Source: Candidatus Limnocylindria bacterium (lineage in GTDB: Bacteria > Chloroflexota > Limnocylindria > QHBO01). Taken from it: a stretch of DNA of 64,000 nucleotides. Below are positions 11,180-20,208 of this stretch, piece by piece. How positions within the stretch are numbered: position 1 is the stretch's first letter; every line of letters starts with the position of its first letter. The notes under the pieces were generated by a model that was not told the origin of the DNA, did not search any database, and saw only the letters and a list, made by a program, of their open reading frames with translations. The stretch is from positions 20,067 through 84,066 of the forward strand of contig DASWIE010000083.1 of the NCBI GenBank assembly GCA_036397815.1, in the 5' to 3' direction. The position numbers and the translations under genes were made by a program.

Positions 11180-13342
11180 GTGCTCAAGGTCTCAAACGCC
11201 GCCGAGGATCCGGCAGTGGTCGAGATGGAGGTCGCGGCGGTCGAGCGGATCGCCGCGGTCGATCCCGGCCTGCCGGTTGCCGTCCCACGGCCGACCCTGG
11301 ACGGCGGGCCGGTCGGCCTCTTGTCGGCGGGGCAGTCCACCCATCTCGTCCGGCTCCTCCCGCTCCTGCCGGGCCGGCACGCCGAGCCGGGTGACCTGAC
11401 AGCCGCAGACATCACGGCCATCGGCGACGTGGTCGCGCGCATCGGCCATGCGCTGCGCGGTTTCTTTCACCCCGCCGCGGGTCGCGTCATCCTCTGGGAC
11501 CAGCAGCGACTGCCCCGCCTCTTCCGCCATGCCGGGCTTCTGCCTGACGGGCCGCAGCGCAAGCTCCTACAGCGCGTGATCAGCCGCTTCAGCGAGCGCG
11601 TCCTGCCCGCGTTCCCGATCCTCCGCTCACAGGTCATCCACAACGACCTGACCCTCGACAACCTGCTCCTCGATGACGACCGGCGGGTCAGCGGGATCAT
11701 CGATTTCGGCGACATGGCGCACACGGCGCTGATGCTCGACATCCCGGCCGCGCTCCAATCGCTCCTGCGCGGACGCAAGGAGATCTTTGCGGTCGCGGAA
11801 CAGTTCATGGCCGGGTACGCCTCGGTCATGCCGCTCGAGGAGCGGGAGGCCGATCTGCTGGGCGAGCTGCTAGCCGGACGGATGGCGCAGACGATCCTGA
11901 TCTCCGCCTTCCGGAACCGGCAGTACCCCGCCAATGCGTACATCCAGGCCTGGGCGGAGCCGGCCTGGGAGCTGCTGGAGCTGCTCGACGACGTCGGATT
12001 CGACGAGGCCGGACGGCGCCTGTCGGCGATCGCCCGAGCACCCTTGGCCCGCCCCGTCCCCGACGACGAGCTGGCGGCTCGACGGCGCCGGGTGCTGGGC
12101 AGCGCCCTCGAGCCGCTCAGCTACCGCCAGCCGCTCCACCTCGTTCGTGGGAACGGCGCGTGGATGTACGACGCGTCAGGCCGTCGCTACCTGGACGCCT
12201 ACAACAACGTGCCGATCGTCGGGCACGCCCATCCGCGAGTGGTCAAGGCCATCGCCCGCCAGGCAGCCACGCTGAACACGAACACTCGCTACCTGCACGA
12301 GAACGTGGTCGAGCTGGCCGAGCGCCTGACCGCGACGATGCCCGACGAACTCGACACCGTCATGTTCGTGAACTCCGGCAGCGAGGCGAATGACCTCGCC
12401 TGGCGCCTCGCCACGACCGCCAGCGGCGCCGATGCGGGCATCGTCACCGAATGGGGATACCACGGCCTGACCGTGGGCATCGCCCCCTTCTCTCCGTCCG
12501 AGTGGCCGCGCGGCGAGCAGCCGGCAGGCGTGGAGACCTATCCGGCCCCCGACACGTACCGCGGCCGGTACGCCGTGGCGTCCGACCCCGCCGGCATCGC
12601 CCGCGCCGAGATGACAGGCGCGGTGGGCCGCCTGGCGGAGCGAGAACGACGGCCGGCCGCACTCTTCCTCGATTCGACCTTCACTGCCGACGGCATCTTC
12701 GTTCCACCTGCGGCCGTCGTCCGCGAGCTCGTCGCCGTCGCGCGTGCCGCGGGCGCGCTCTTGATCGCCGACGAGGTCCAATGTGGCTTCGGCCGCACCG
12801 GCGACGGGCTCTGGGGCTTCTCCACATGGGGCGTCAGGCCCGACATCGTCACGCTCGGCAAGCCGATGGGCAACGGCCATCCCGTCGCCGCGGTGGTCAC
12901 CCGGGCCGAGATCGTCGACCGCTTCGCCGCGCAGACGACCTGGTTCAGCACCTTCGGCGGCAACCCGGTCGCGTGCGCCGCGGCGCTCGCGGTCCTGGAA
13001 GTGATCGAGGACGAGCGCCTCGTCGCGCGTGCCGCCGAGGTTGGTGGCCGTCTGGGAGCGGCGCTGGCGGCGCTCGCCGAGCGCCACGGGTCGATCGGTG
13101 ATGTGCGCGCCCGGGGCCTCATGGCCGGCGTCGAGCTGGTGATGGATCGCGCCTTGAAGGAGCCGGCGGGAGCGCTTGCCGATCGGGTGAAGAACGCGAT
13201 GGCCGACCGTGGCGTGCTCATCGGGACCACGGGCCGCCACGGGAACGTGTTGAAGATTCGACCGCCCCTGTGCCTCACCATCGACGAGGCGGAGCTGATC
13301 GGGACGACCCTCGGCGCGGTGCTGACGGACCTTGGCGGCTGA
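11180..13342 (+). CDS. fusion protein: APH/hydroxylysine-kinase-like phosphotransferase + class III (AGXT2L-like) aminotransferase/phospho-lyase
   Basis: N-terminal half has the kinase-fold motif VIHNDLTLDNLLLDD..IIDFGD. C-terminal half has DEVQCGFGRTG and TLGKPMGNGHP (PLP-Lys). 11180 is the first canonical start, but kinase-like sequence continues in frame upstream to 11009 (see finding). Confidence 0.8.
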   Translation: MLKVSNAAEDPAVVEMEVAAVERIAAVDPGLPVAVPRPTLDGGPVGLLSAGQSTHLVRLLPLLPGRHAEPGDLTAADITAIGDVVARIGHALRGFFHPAAGRVILWDQQRLPRLFRHAGLLPDGPQRKLLQRVISRFSERVLPAFPILRSQVIHNDLTLDNLLLDDDRRVSGIIDFGDMAHTALMLDIPAALQSLLRGRKEIFAVAEQFMAGYASVMPLEEREADLLGELLAGRMAQTILISAFRNRQYPANAYIQAWAEPAWELLELLDDVGFDEAGRRLSAIARAPLARPVPDDELAARRRRVLGSALEPLSYRQPLHLVRGNGAWMYDASGRRYLDAYNNVPIVGHAHPRVVKAIARQAATLNTNTRYLHENVVELAERLTATMPDELDTVMFVNSGSEANDLAWRLATTASGADAGIVTEWGYHGLTVGIAPFSPSEWPRGEQPAGVETYPAPDTYRGRYAVASDPAGIARAEMTGAVGRLAERERRPAALFLDSTFTADGIFVPPAAVVRELVAVARAAGALLIADEVQCGFGRTGDGLWGFSTWGVRPDIVTLGKPMGNGHPVAAVVTRAEIVDRFAAQTTWFSTFGGNPVACAAALAVLEVIEDERLVARAAEVGGRLGAALAALAERHGSIGDVRARGLMAGVELVMDRALKEPAGALADRVKNAMADRGVLIGTTGRHGNVLKIRPPLCLTIDEAELIGTTLGAVLTDLGG

Positions 13343-13394
13343 AACGGGGGGCGCTTCGCGCGGGACCCTTGCGCGAACCGCTCAAGATGGACCG

Positions 13395-13865
13395 ATGGAA
13401 TTCGTGGAGAGCCGGCGCATCGCGGCTTCACCGGAGCGGATCTGGCCATGGATCGACAACGTGTCGCGCTGGAGCGAGTGGTTCACCGAGGCGGAGCGCG
13501 GCGAGGTTCTCTCCGGCTCGGGTCTGGGACGCCGTCAGCGCATGTTCGGCCTGGCGCGCGGCAAGGCGACCGAGATCGACTCGGTGGTGACCGCCTACGA
13601 GCCGCCGCACCTCCTGCGCTGGCATCACGAGGCCGAGCGCGTCGACGGCAGGCCGGGACCGGTGGTCTTCGCCCGGGACGCGGTGGCTGAGGTCATCATC
13701 AAGCCCGATGGCGACGGCTCGCGGGTGACCTACCGTCTCACCACACAGCCGGGCAACCCACTCTACTGGCTGCTCCTGCGCTTCGCGGCCAATGGCCCGA
13801 TCCACGCCTCGTTCAAGACGTCGCTGAATCGCCTCGCGGCACTCGCCGAGGACGCTGGACCCTAG
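13395..13865 (+). CDS. SRPBCC (START/polyketide cyclase-like) family protein
   Basis: Starts MEFVESRRIAASPERIWPWIDNVSRWSEWF, typical of SRPBCC/AHSA1-type proteins. ATG 13395 lies inside ORF 13332..13865. Confidence 0.7.
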   Translation: MEFVESRRIAASPERIWPWIDNVSRWSEWFTEAERGEVLSGSGLGRRQRMFGLARGKATEIDSVVTAYEPPHLLRWHHEAERVDGRPGPVVFARDAVAEVIIKPDGDGSRVTYRLTTQPGNPLYWLLLRFAANGPIHASFKTSLNRLAALAEDAGP

Positions 13866-14041
13866 ACGGTCTCGACCGCCAGGGCGACCGCTCCCCCGCC
13901 CCCCAGGCAGAGCGTGGCCAGGCGCGTCCGACCGCCGCGCCTGGCGGTCGAGCCGAGCTCGGTAGCGGGAACAGTCGAGAGGCCGCCGCCGAACTTGCCG
14001 GACGAGGTCCGTGCGGCGGAGAGAATGAAGACGTCGGTCAC
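13862..14041 (-). pseudogene. acetyl-CoA acetyltransferase (thiolase) internal-deletion remnant
   Basis: My hand translation gives VTDVFILSAARTSSGKFGGGLSTVPATELGSTA|RRGGRTRLATLCLGGGGAVALAVETV*. That is a thiolase N-terminus joined in frame to the thiolase C-terminal GLATLCxGGG box. 59 codons, just below the shortest ORF listed in the track (60 aa). Confidence 0.6.
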
Positions 14042-14217
14042 GTGGTGATGGTACCGCCCCCAAGCGTGCGGTGCGCTCGGCCGAAGGATCGCCGCTGGCG
14101 ATCAATGGACGCCCGAAGGGGCTGGAGGCGCGCCGAGTGATCGCCCCACGCAATCAAGCGACGCCGAGACGAGGGTCCGAGCGCGCATAGATCGCCGCCA
14201 GCGATACTCGCCGGTGG

Positions 14218-16176
14218 TCACTCCCTGGCGTCGCCCTCGAAGAGCTCCGCCACCTTGTCCGCCCACGTCTCCTTGACGACGCGGACCTTCACCTTCATCG
14301 AGGGGGTGAGCTCGCCCTCCTCCTCGGTCAACAGGCGCGGCAGGAGCGCGACGCGCCGTGGGCGCTCGTAGATGGCGAAGCCGTCCAGCTTGGCCTTCAC
14401 CTCGGCGTCGATCAGCTTCTCCACCGACCGCTCCCTGACCAGCTGCTCCGGTGGCATCTCGGCAATCCCGTTGGCGGCCGCCCAGGCGCTCAGCTCCTCG
14501 AAGTCCGGCGCGATGAGCGCGCCGGTGTACGGCTGCCTGTCGCCCAGGATGACCGCCTGACCGATGAACTTCGAGCTCGACAGCGCCGCCTCCATTGGTG
14601 CCGGGCTCACGTTCTTGCCGTTGGCCAGCACGATGATGTTCTTGAGCCGATCGGTGATCCGGATGCGGCCGATCTCGTCCAGCTCACCGATGTCGCCGGT
14701 GTGGAACCATCTGTCGGGGTCGATGGCGCGTGCGGTCTCGGCCGGATCGTTGAGATAGCCGCGCATCACCTGTGGACCGCGCACCAGGATCTCGCCGGTC
14801 TGCCCGTCGATGCGCACCTCGGTATCGGGCGCGGGGCGTCCGACCGTGCCGAATACGAAGTCGTCGGGTCGGTTGATCGACACGAACGGGCTCGTCTCGG
14901 TCAGTCCGTAGCCCTCCAGCACCAGCATCCCCATCCCGTAGAAGAACTCGCCGATCTCTCGCGACAGCGGCGCCGAGCCGGAGACGAAGTAGCGCACCCG
15001 CCCGCCGGTGCGCGCCCGGATCTTGCCGAAGACCAGGGCATCCGCGACCTTCAGCTGCAGACGCAGCCAGAGCGAGTCGGAGCGCGCGGCCAGGTGGTTC
15101 GCGTACTTCTGCTTGCCCAGCCCGGCGGCCCACCAGAAGATGCGCTGCTTCAGGTGCGAGCCGGACTCGATGGTCGATAGGACGCGGGCGTAGACGCGCT
15201 CGTAGAGGCGAGGCACGGCGACCATCACGGTCGGTCGCACCTCGGCCATGTTGATCGGCAGGCGCTCGATGAGGGGCTCGGCATAGGCGATCAGCGAGCC
15301 GCGGCCCAGCGGCACCACCATCCCGGCCACGCGCTCGTAGATGTGGCTGAGGGGCAGCCAGGAGAGGAAGGTATCGGTCTCGTAGAAGTCGACGACCTGG
15401 ATGACGGCCTCGTAGTTGAAGACCAGGTTGCCGTGGGTGAGCATCGCGCCCTTCGGGTTGGCGGTCGTCCCGGAGGTGTGGATGATGGTGGCCAGCTGGT
15501 CACGCGTGATCTCGCGCCAGCCCTCGTCCCACAGCACGCGATGCCCGGCATCGGGGGGCGCCAGCTCGAAGACGTCGTCGAAGGTGATGGCGCCCGCCGG
15601 CAGGGTGCCACGCTCCTCGATGACCACGATCTTCTCGATCGTCGGGCACTCGGCCCGGATCGACTCGATCTTGGCCGCCTGCTGCGCGTTCTCGACCACG
15701 ATCAGCTTGGCGCCCACGTTGTTGATGATGAAGGCGGCCTGGTTCGCCTCCGAGCTGGGGTAGATCGGGCAGGTGACGGCCCCCAGGGCCATCCCCGCCA
15801 GGTCCGCCACCAGCCAGGCGGGTCGGGTGCGGCTCACGATGCAGATGCGGTCGTCCGCCATCACGCCAAGCGCCTGGAAGCCCAGGGAGACGTCGCGGAT
15901 CCAGTCCCAGGTCTCGCGGTAGCTGGTCGTCCGCCACTGCGCCTCTTCCTCGGTCTCGGCCTCGCCGCCGGTGTGCCGACGGGAGCGAGGCAGCTTCCAG
16001 CGCAGCGCGGGGCGGTCGGGGCTGCGCTCCACCGAGCGGTGGATCAGGTCGATGAGGTTGGAGGCTGGCTCGCCCTCGACCACGAGCGCCTCGACCGGCG
16101 CGACCTGCGCCCGATGTCCAGGCGCTCCCCCCGGTGCCTCTTCGACTCGCCGCTCGGGCTCGGTGCTGGTGGTCAC
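14218..16176 (-). CDS. long-chain fatty acid-CoA ligase (AMP-dependent synthetase)
   Basis: AMP-binding motifs IIHTSGTTANPKG, GYGLTETS, TGDIG and KNIIVLANGKNV. I prefer the GTG at 16174-16176, 9 nt after GGGAGG. The ATG at 16207-16209 is an alternative. Upstream ORF sequence overlaps the acd gene. Confidence 0.85.
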   Translation of the reverse strand: MTTSTEPERRVEEAPGGAPGHRAQVAPVEALVVEGEPASNLIDLIHRSVERSPDRPALRWKLPRSRRHTGGEAETEEEAQWRTTSYRETWDWIRDVSLGFQALGVMADDRICIVSRTRPAWLVADLAGMALGAVTCPIYPSSEANQAAFIINNVGAKLIVVENAQQAAKIESIRAECPTIEKIVVIEERGTLPAGAITFDDVFELAPPDAGHRVLWDEGWREITRDQLATIIHTSGTTANPKGAMLTHGNLVFNYEAVIQVVDFYETDTFLSWLPLSHIYERVAGMVVPLGRGSLIAYAEPLIERLPINMAEVRPTVMVAVPRLYERVYARVLSTIESGSHLKQRIFWWAAGLGKQKYANHLAARSDSLWLRLQLKVADALVFGKIRARTGGRVRYFVSGSAPLSREIGEFFYGMGMLVLEGYGLTETSPFVSINRPDDFVFGTVGRPAPDTEVRIDGQTGEILVRGPQVMRGYLNDPAETARAIDPDRWFHTGDIGELDEIGRIRITDRLKNIIVLANGKNVSPAPMEAALSSSKFIGQAVILGDRQPYTGALIAPDFEELSAWAAANGIAEMPPEQLVRERSVEKLIDAEVKAKLDGFAIYERPRRVALLPRLLTEEEGELTPSMKVKVRVVKETWADKVAELFEGDARE

Positions 16177-16228
16177 GGATTGGCCTCCCTCGTGGATCGG
16201 TGGCCGCATGGTGCGACGGGGACACTGC

Positions 16229-16265
16229 GGTCGAACAGCGGTTGGTCGAACAGCGGTTGGTCGGT
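16229..16265. repeat. perfect 15-bp tandem duplication (TCGAACAGCGGTTGG x2, plus a partial third unit)
   Basis: Units at 16231-16245 and 16246-16260 are identical. Located between the acd stop (16265) and the acyl-CoA ligase start. Confidence 0.85.
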
Positions 16266-17452
16266 CAGCCCGTTCGCCGCACCTCATCGATGAGCTGCTG
16301 GGCGATGACGAGCCGATGGATCTGGTTGGTGCCCTCGTAGATCTGCGCGCCCTTCGCGTCGCGCATGAAGCGCTCGACCGGATTGTCGCGGCTGTAGCCC
16401 GCGCCACCGTAGATCTGCACCGCGTCGGTCGCGACCCGCATGGCGGCGTCGGATGCGTACATCTTGGCCATGCTGCTCGCCGCGTTGATCGGCTGCCCCG
16501 CGTCCCGCAGGCGCGCCGCGCGCCAGGTGAGCAGCCTGGCTGCCTCGACCGCGACGGCGGCGTCGGCCAGCATGGCCTGGATCATCTCCTGGTCGGCGAT
16601 CGGACGGCCGAACTGGCTGCGCTGGGTCGCGTAGCGAGTCGCGTGCTCCAGGGCGGCTCGCGCCAGGCCGACGCAGGCCGCCGCAATGCCGATCCGGCCG
16701 GCGCCCAGGGCGCTGAGCGCCACCTTCAGGCCCTGCCCCTCCTCGCCGAGCCGGTTGTCGAGCGGGACCTTCGCCCCGTCGAAGATCAGCTCGGTCGAGA
16801 CGGAGTCGCGGATCCCCATCTTTCGCTCGTGGCTCCCGACACGGAACCCCGGGGTGTCGCGCTCGACCACGAAGGCGGTGATGCCGTCGCGGCCGAGCGA
16901 GCGGTCGATGGTGGCGAAGGCGATGATCACCTCGGCGTCCGCGCCGTTCGTGATCCAGACCTTGGTGCCGGTGAGCGCGTAGCCGTCATCTCCCCGCTCG
17001 GCACGCAGCGCGATGGCCGACGCGTCCGACCCGGCTCCGGGCTCGGTCAGGGCGAAGGCCCCCAGGTGCCGGCCGGCGGTCATAGGTGGTAGGAACCGAT
17101 CCTTCTGCGCATCGGTCCCGAAGGTGAGGATCGGGAGCTGCGCCAGGATGTGGACCGAGAGGCTGATCGCCATCCCCATGTCTTCCGCGGCGATCTCCTC
17201 GCAGGCCAGGATCCAGGCGAAGGTGGACATTCCCGCGCCGCCGTACTGCTCCGGGTAGGGAAGCCCGGTCAGGCCCAGCGCACCCATCCGGGTGAAGAGG
17301 GCGCGATCGTAGCGCTCCTCCTCGTCGCGCCGGGCGACGGTGGGCGCCAGCTCACGCTGCGCGAAGAGAGCGGCCGTCTCACGCACGCCGCGCTCCTCCT
17401 CGGTGAGCGCGAACGGGTCTGGCCGGTGCAAGGCGGCGGCGGCGGTGCTCAT
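16265..17452 (-). CDS. acyl-CoA dehydrogenase (short/medium-chain type)
   Basis: 395 aa with ACAD motifs LTEPGAGSD, ITNG and QIYGGAGYS..PVERFMRDAK..IYEGTNQI. Confidence 0.9.
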   Translation of the reverse strand: MSTAAAALHRPDPFALTEEERGVRETAALFAQRELAPTVARRDEEERYDRALFTRMGALGLTGLPYPEQYGGAGMSTFAWILACEEIAAEDMGMAISLSVHILAQLPILTFGTDAQKDRFLPPMTAGRHLGAFALTEPGAGSDASAIALRAERGDDGYALTGTKVWITNGADAEVIIAFATIDRSLGRDGITAFVVERDTPGFRVGSHERKMGIRDSVSTELIFDGAKVPLDNRLGEEGQGLKVALSALGAGRIGIAAACVGLARAALEHATRYATQRSQFGRPIADQEMIQAMLADAAVAVEAARLLTWRAARLRDAGQPINAASSMAKMYASDAAMRVATDAVQIYGGAGYSRDNPVERFMRDAKGAQIYEGTNQIHRLVIAQQLIDEVRRTG

Positions 17453-18324
17453 CAGGCGATCTTGTTCCCCTGCTCGTCGTAGCGGTAGAAGCCGCGCCCC
17501 GCCTTGCGGCCCAGGTGCCCGGCGACGACCATCTGCCGGAGCAGCGGCGCGGCGCGGAACTTCGGATCGCCGAAGCCACGATGCAGGACGTCCAGCACGC
17601 CGAGCATCACGTCGTTCCCGATGAAGTCGGACAGCTCCAGCGGGCCCATCGGATGGTTGAGGCCGAGCTTCGCCCCGGTGTCGATGTCCTGCGCCGTGCC
17701 TGTCGACTCCATCAGCGCGAAGATGGCCTCGTTGATGAACGGGCCGAGCATGCGGTTCACCAGGAAGCCGGGCATGTCGCGCGACTCGATCACGGTCTTG
17801 CCCAGCTCGGCGGCGAAGGCGCGGCTTGCCGCGTGGGTGGCATCATCGGTCTCCAGCCCGCGGATGATCTCGACCAGGCCCATGACCGGGACCGGCGAGA
17901 AGAAATGAAGGCCGATGAACTTTGCTGGGCGGTCGGTCGCCGTGGCCAGGCCGGTGATGCTGATGCTGCTGGTGTTGGAGGCGAAGATCGCGTGCGGAGC
18001 AGCCGACCCGGAGACGCGCGCCCACGTCTCACGCTTCAGCGCCTCGTCCTCGAAGATCGCCTCGATCACGATGTCGTGGCCGCCTGCGCCCTCGGTCCCC
18101 ACGGCGGTGCCGACGCGCTGCAGGATCTCATCGGCGGTCGCCTGCTCCAGCTTTCCCTTCGAGACCTGGCGGGCAAGGTTGCCGGCGATCCGCTCGCGCC
18201 CCGCGTCGGCGAGCTCAGCTGTTCGATCCGAAAGCGTCACCGACTTGCCGGCGGCGGCGCTCACCTGGGCGATCCCATGCCCCATCAGGCCAGCGCCAAC
18301 GACGTAGACCCGCTCGATGCCCAT
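17452..18324 (-). CDS. hbd: 3-hydroxybutyryl-CoA dehydrogenase
   Basis: N-terminal Rossmann motif VYVVGAGLMGHGIAQV, SNTSS box and C-terminal GRKAGRGFY. The stop codon overlaps the acd start by 1 nt. Confidence 0.9.
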   Translation of the reverse strand: MGIERVYVVGAGLMGHGIAQVSAAAGKSVTLSDRTAELADAGRERIAGNLARQVSKGKLEQATADEILQRVGTAVGTEGAGGHDIVIEAIFEDEALKRETWARVSGSAAPHAIFASNTSSISITGLATATDRPAKFIGLHFFSPVPVMGLVEIIRGLETDDATHAASRAFAAELGKTVIESRDMPGFLVNRMLGPFINEAIFALMESTGTAQDIDTGAKLGLNHPMGPLELSDFIGNDVMLGVLDVLHRGFGDPKFRAAPLLRQMVVAGHLGRKAGRGFYRYDEQGNKIA

Positions 18325-18330
18325 GGCCGG

Positions 18331-18837
18331 CTAGCCTACCAGCCGCAGGAGCATGGTCGGGTTCCCCGGTGTGCCCCCCGCGCTGCGGAAGCCCATCGAC
18401 TGGTAGAGGGCCACCGCGGGCGCGTTGTTGGCGTCCACGCTCAGGCTGAGCGCCTCGATCCCTTCGCTTCGTGCGCGGTCGAAGAGGGCGGTGAGCAGCG
18501 CGCGGCCGATGCCCCGCCCGCGCCACGCCGCCTCCACGCCGACGCTGATCTCGGGGATCCGCTCTGCCACGAAGCCATAGCCGGGCTGAGCGGCGGGAAA
18601 GTGCCGGTGCCAGGCCGCGCCGACCGGCTCGCCGGCCACTTCGGCAATCACCCCGGCATCGCCGGGACGACCCCAGCCCACCAGGTAGGGCGAAAGCCCA
18701 GCGTCCTGCTTGACCGCGTCGACGGGAGGTGGCTCAGTGGGTGGCAGGTCGGCGCTGAACGAGAGCACGCGCCACAGGAACGGCTCGTCGGCCGGCGTCA
18801 CGCTTCGGATCACGAGCGCGGACGCGCCGGGTGTCAT
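18331..18837 (-). CDS. GNAT family N-acetyltransferase
   Basis: Acetyl-CoA binding motif WRGRGIGRALL and NAPAVALYQSMGF. 168 aa. Overlaps the meaB stop by 4 nt. Confidence 0.75.
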   Translation of the reverse strand: MTPGASALVIRSVTPADEPFLWRVLSFSADLPPTEPPPVDAVKQDAGLSPYLVGWGRPGDAGVIAEVAGEPVGAAWHRHFPAAQPGYGFVAERIPEISVGVEAAWRGRGIGRALLTALFDRARSEGIEALSLSVDANNAPAVALYQSMGFRSAGGTPGNPTMLLRLVG

Positions 18838-19751
18838 TGCAGGAGCCGCTCGGCGGCGGTCGCGGGATCGAGCTCGCGCGAGGCGATCGCGTCGACGGTC
18901 GCAGCCCAGTCCGGGCCGGAAGCTGCACGTCGAGCGGCCGCGTCACCCAGCGCCCGCCGCAGCTGGCCCGCCGCCCGTTCGCGCGCCCGGTCGGGGTCGC
19001 GCGCCACCAAGCGATGTGCGTCGATGGCGTCGGTCAATGCCGCCACGCCCTCGCCGGTGGTCGCGGTCGTCATGAGCACGTGCGGGGGCTTGCGCTTCAC
19101 CCGCCCGCCCGCCGTCGAGAGCATGGCGCGCAGCTGCCGGGCGGCGCGGTCGGCACCTGGGCGATCGGCCTTGTTCACGACCAGCACGTCGGCGACCTCC
19201 AGCAGGCCAGCCTTGATGGCCTGCACCTCGTCTCCCATCTCCGGCACCTCGACCACCACAGTAGTCTCGGCCAGCCGCGCAACCTCAACCTCGCTCTGCC
19301 CAGCGCCGACGGTCTCGACCAGCACCGGGTCGAAGCCCGCCGCATCCAGCGCCCCCGCCGCGATCCAGGTCGCCGCTGACAGGCCGCCCAGCTCCCCGCG
19401 CGACGCCATCGATCGCACGAAGACGTCGGGGTCGGCGGCATGCTCCATCATCCGGATGCGGTCGCCCATGATCGCGCCGCCCGTGTACGGAGACGACGGG
19501 TCGACCGCCAGGATCCCGACCCGCCTGCCGCGCCGGCGCCACTCGGCGGCGAGCGCGTTGACGAGCGTCGACTTACCGCTGCCCGGCGGCCCGGTGATTC
19601 CGACCAGATGGGCGCCCTTGCTGGCGCGGAAGAGCGCCGGCAGCAGGTCGCGCATTCCGGGCGCGTCGTTCTCGATGGCGGTCAACAGCCGCGCCAGCGG
19701 TCCGCGCTCGCCGGCTACGGCACCGCGCATCACCTCGGCGAGGTCGGCCAC
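18834..19751 (-). CDS. meaB: methylmalonyl-CoA mutase-associated GTPase
   Basis: P-loop GITGPPGSGKSTL, ETVGAGQSE and VVNKADR motifs of MeaB/ArgK. GTG start at 19749-19751, 7 nt after the upstream gene's stop. The longer ORF start overlaps that gene. Confidence 0.85.
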   Translation of the reverse strand: MADLAEVMRGAVAGERGPLARLLTAIENDAPGMRDLLPALFRASKGAHLVGITGPPGSGKSTLVNALAAEWRRRGRRVGILAVDPSSPYTGGAIMGDRIRMMEHAADPDVFVRSMASRGELGGLSAATWIAAGALDAAGFDPVLVETVGAGQSEVEVARLAETTVVVEVPEMGDEVQAIKAGLLEVADVLVVNKADRPGADRAARQLRAMLSTAGGRVKRKPPHVLMTTATTGEGVAALTDAIDAHRLVARDPDRARERAAGQLRRALGDAAARRAASGPDWAATVDAIASRELDPATAAERLLQ

Positions 19752-19758
19752 GCTCCGA

Positions 19759-20196
19759 TCAGGCGCGCTTGCGCGCGTGCTCGCGGAAGTAGCGCGCCAC
19801 CTGGCCGATGCTCGTGCCGGGACCGAAGATCTCGGCGATCCCGGCCTCCTTGAGCTTGCCGACGTCCGCATCGGGGATGATCCCGCCGGCGGCGACCAGG
19901 ACGTCGTCCATGCCGCGCTCGCGGACGAGCTGCGCGATGCGCGGCAGCAGGGTCATGTGCGCGCCGGACAGGATCGAGAGGCCGACCACGTCCACGTCCT
20001 CCTGCTCGGCGGCGTCGGCGATCATCTCCGGCGTCTGGCGCAGCCCGGTGTAGATCACCTCGAAGCCCTCGTCGCGTAGGCCGCGGGCAAGCACCTTGGC
20101 CCCGCGATCGTGGCCGTCCAGGCCCGGCTTGGCGATCAGGACCCGGATCGGCGTCGAGCGGGCGTCAGTCGAGCGGGCGTCATCGGTCTGGCTCAT
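19759..20196 (-). CDS. methylmalonyl-CoA mutase, cobalamin-binding (C-terminal domain) subunit
   Basis: B12-binding DxHxxG motif in [12 protein letters not shown], then GLSILSGAH. 145 aa, split (archaeal-type) MCM small subunit. Confidence 0.85.
   Translation of the reverse strand: MSQTDDARSTDARSTPIRVLIAKPGLDGHDRGAKVLARGLRDEGFEVIYTGLRQTPEMIADAAEQEDVDVVGLSILSGAHMTLLPRIAQLVRERGMDDVLVAAGGIIPDADVGKLKEAGIAEIFGPGTSIGQVARYFREHARKRA
20153..20182. repeat. perfect 15-bp tandem duplication inside coding sequence (GTCGAGCGGGCGTCA x2)
   Basis: Units at 20153-20167 and 20168-20182 are identical. They encode the duplicated pentapeptide [10 protein letters not shown] in the N-terminal tail of the B12-binding subunit. 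Confidence 0.85.
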
Positions 20197-20208
20197 GCGG
20201 GCCCGATT

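Noticed and set aside
17515-20079. 854-aa plus-strand ORF, the longest in the track
   Set aside because: It is entirely antisense to four genes with clear motifs (hbd, GNAT, meaB, MCM B12 subunit). Composition is extremely Arg/Ala/Gly/Pro-rich with no recognisable motif. This is the typical high-GC antisense artefact.
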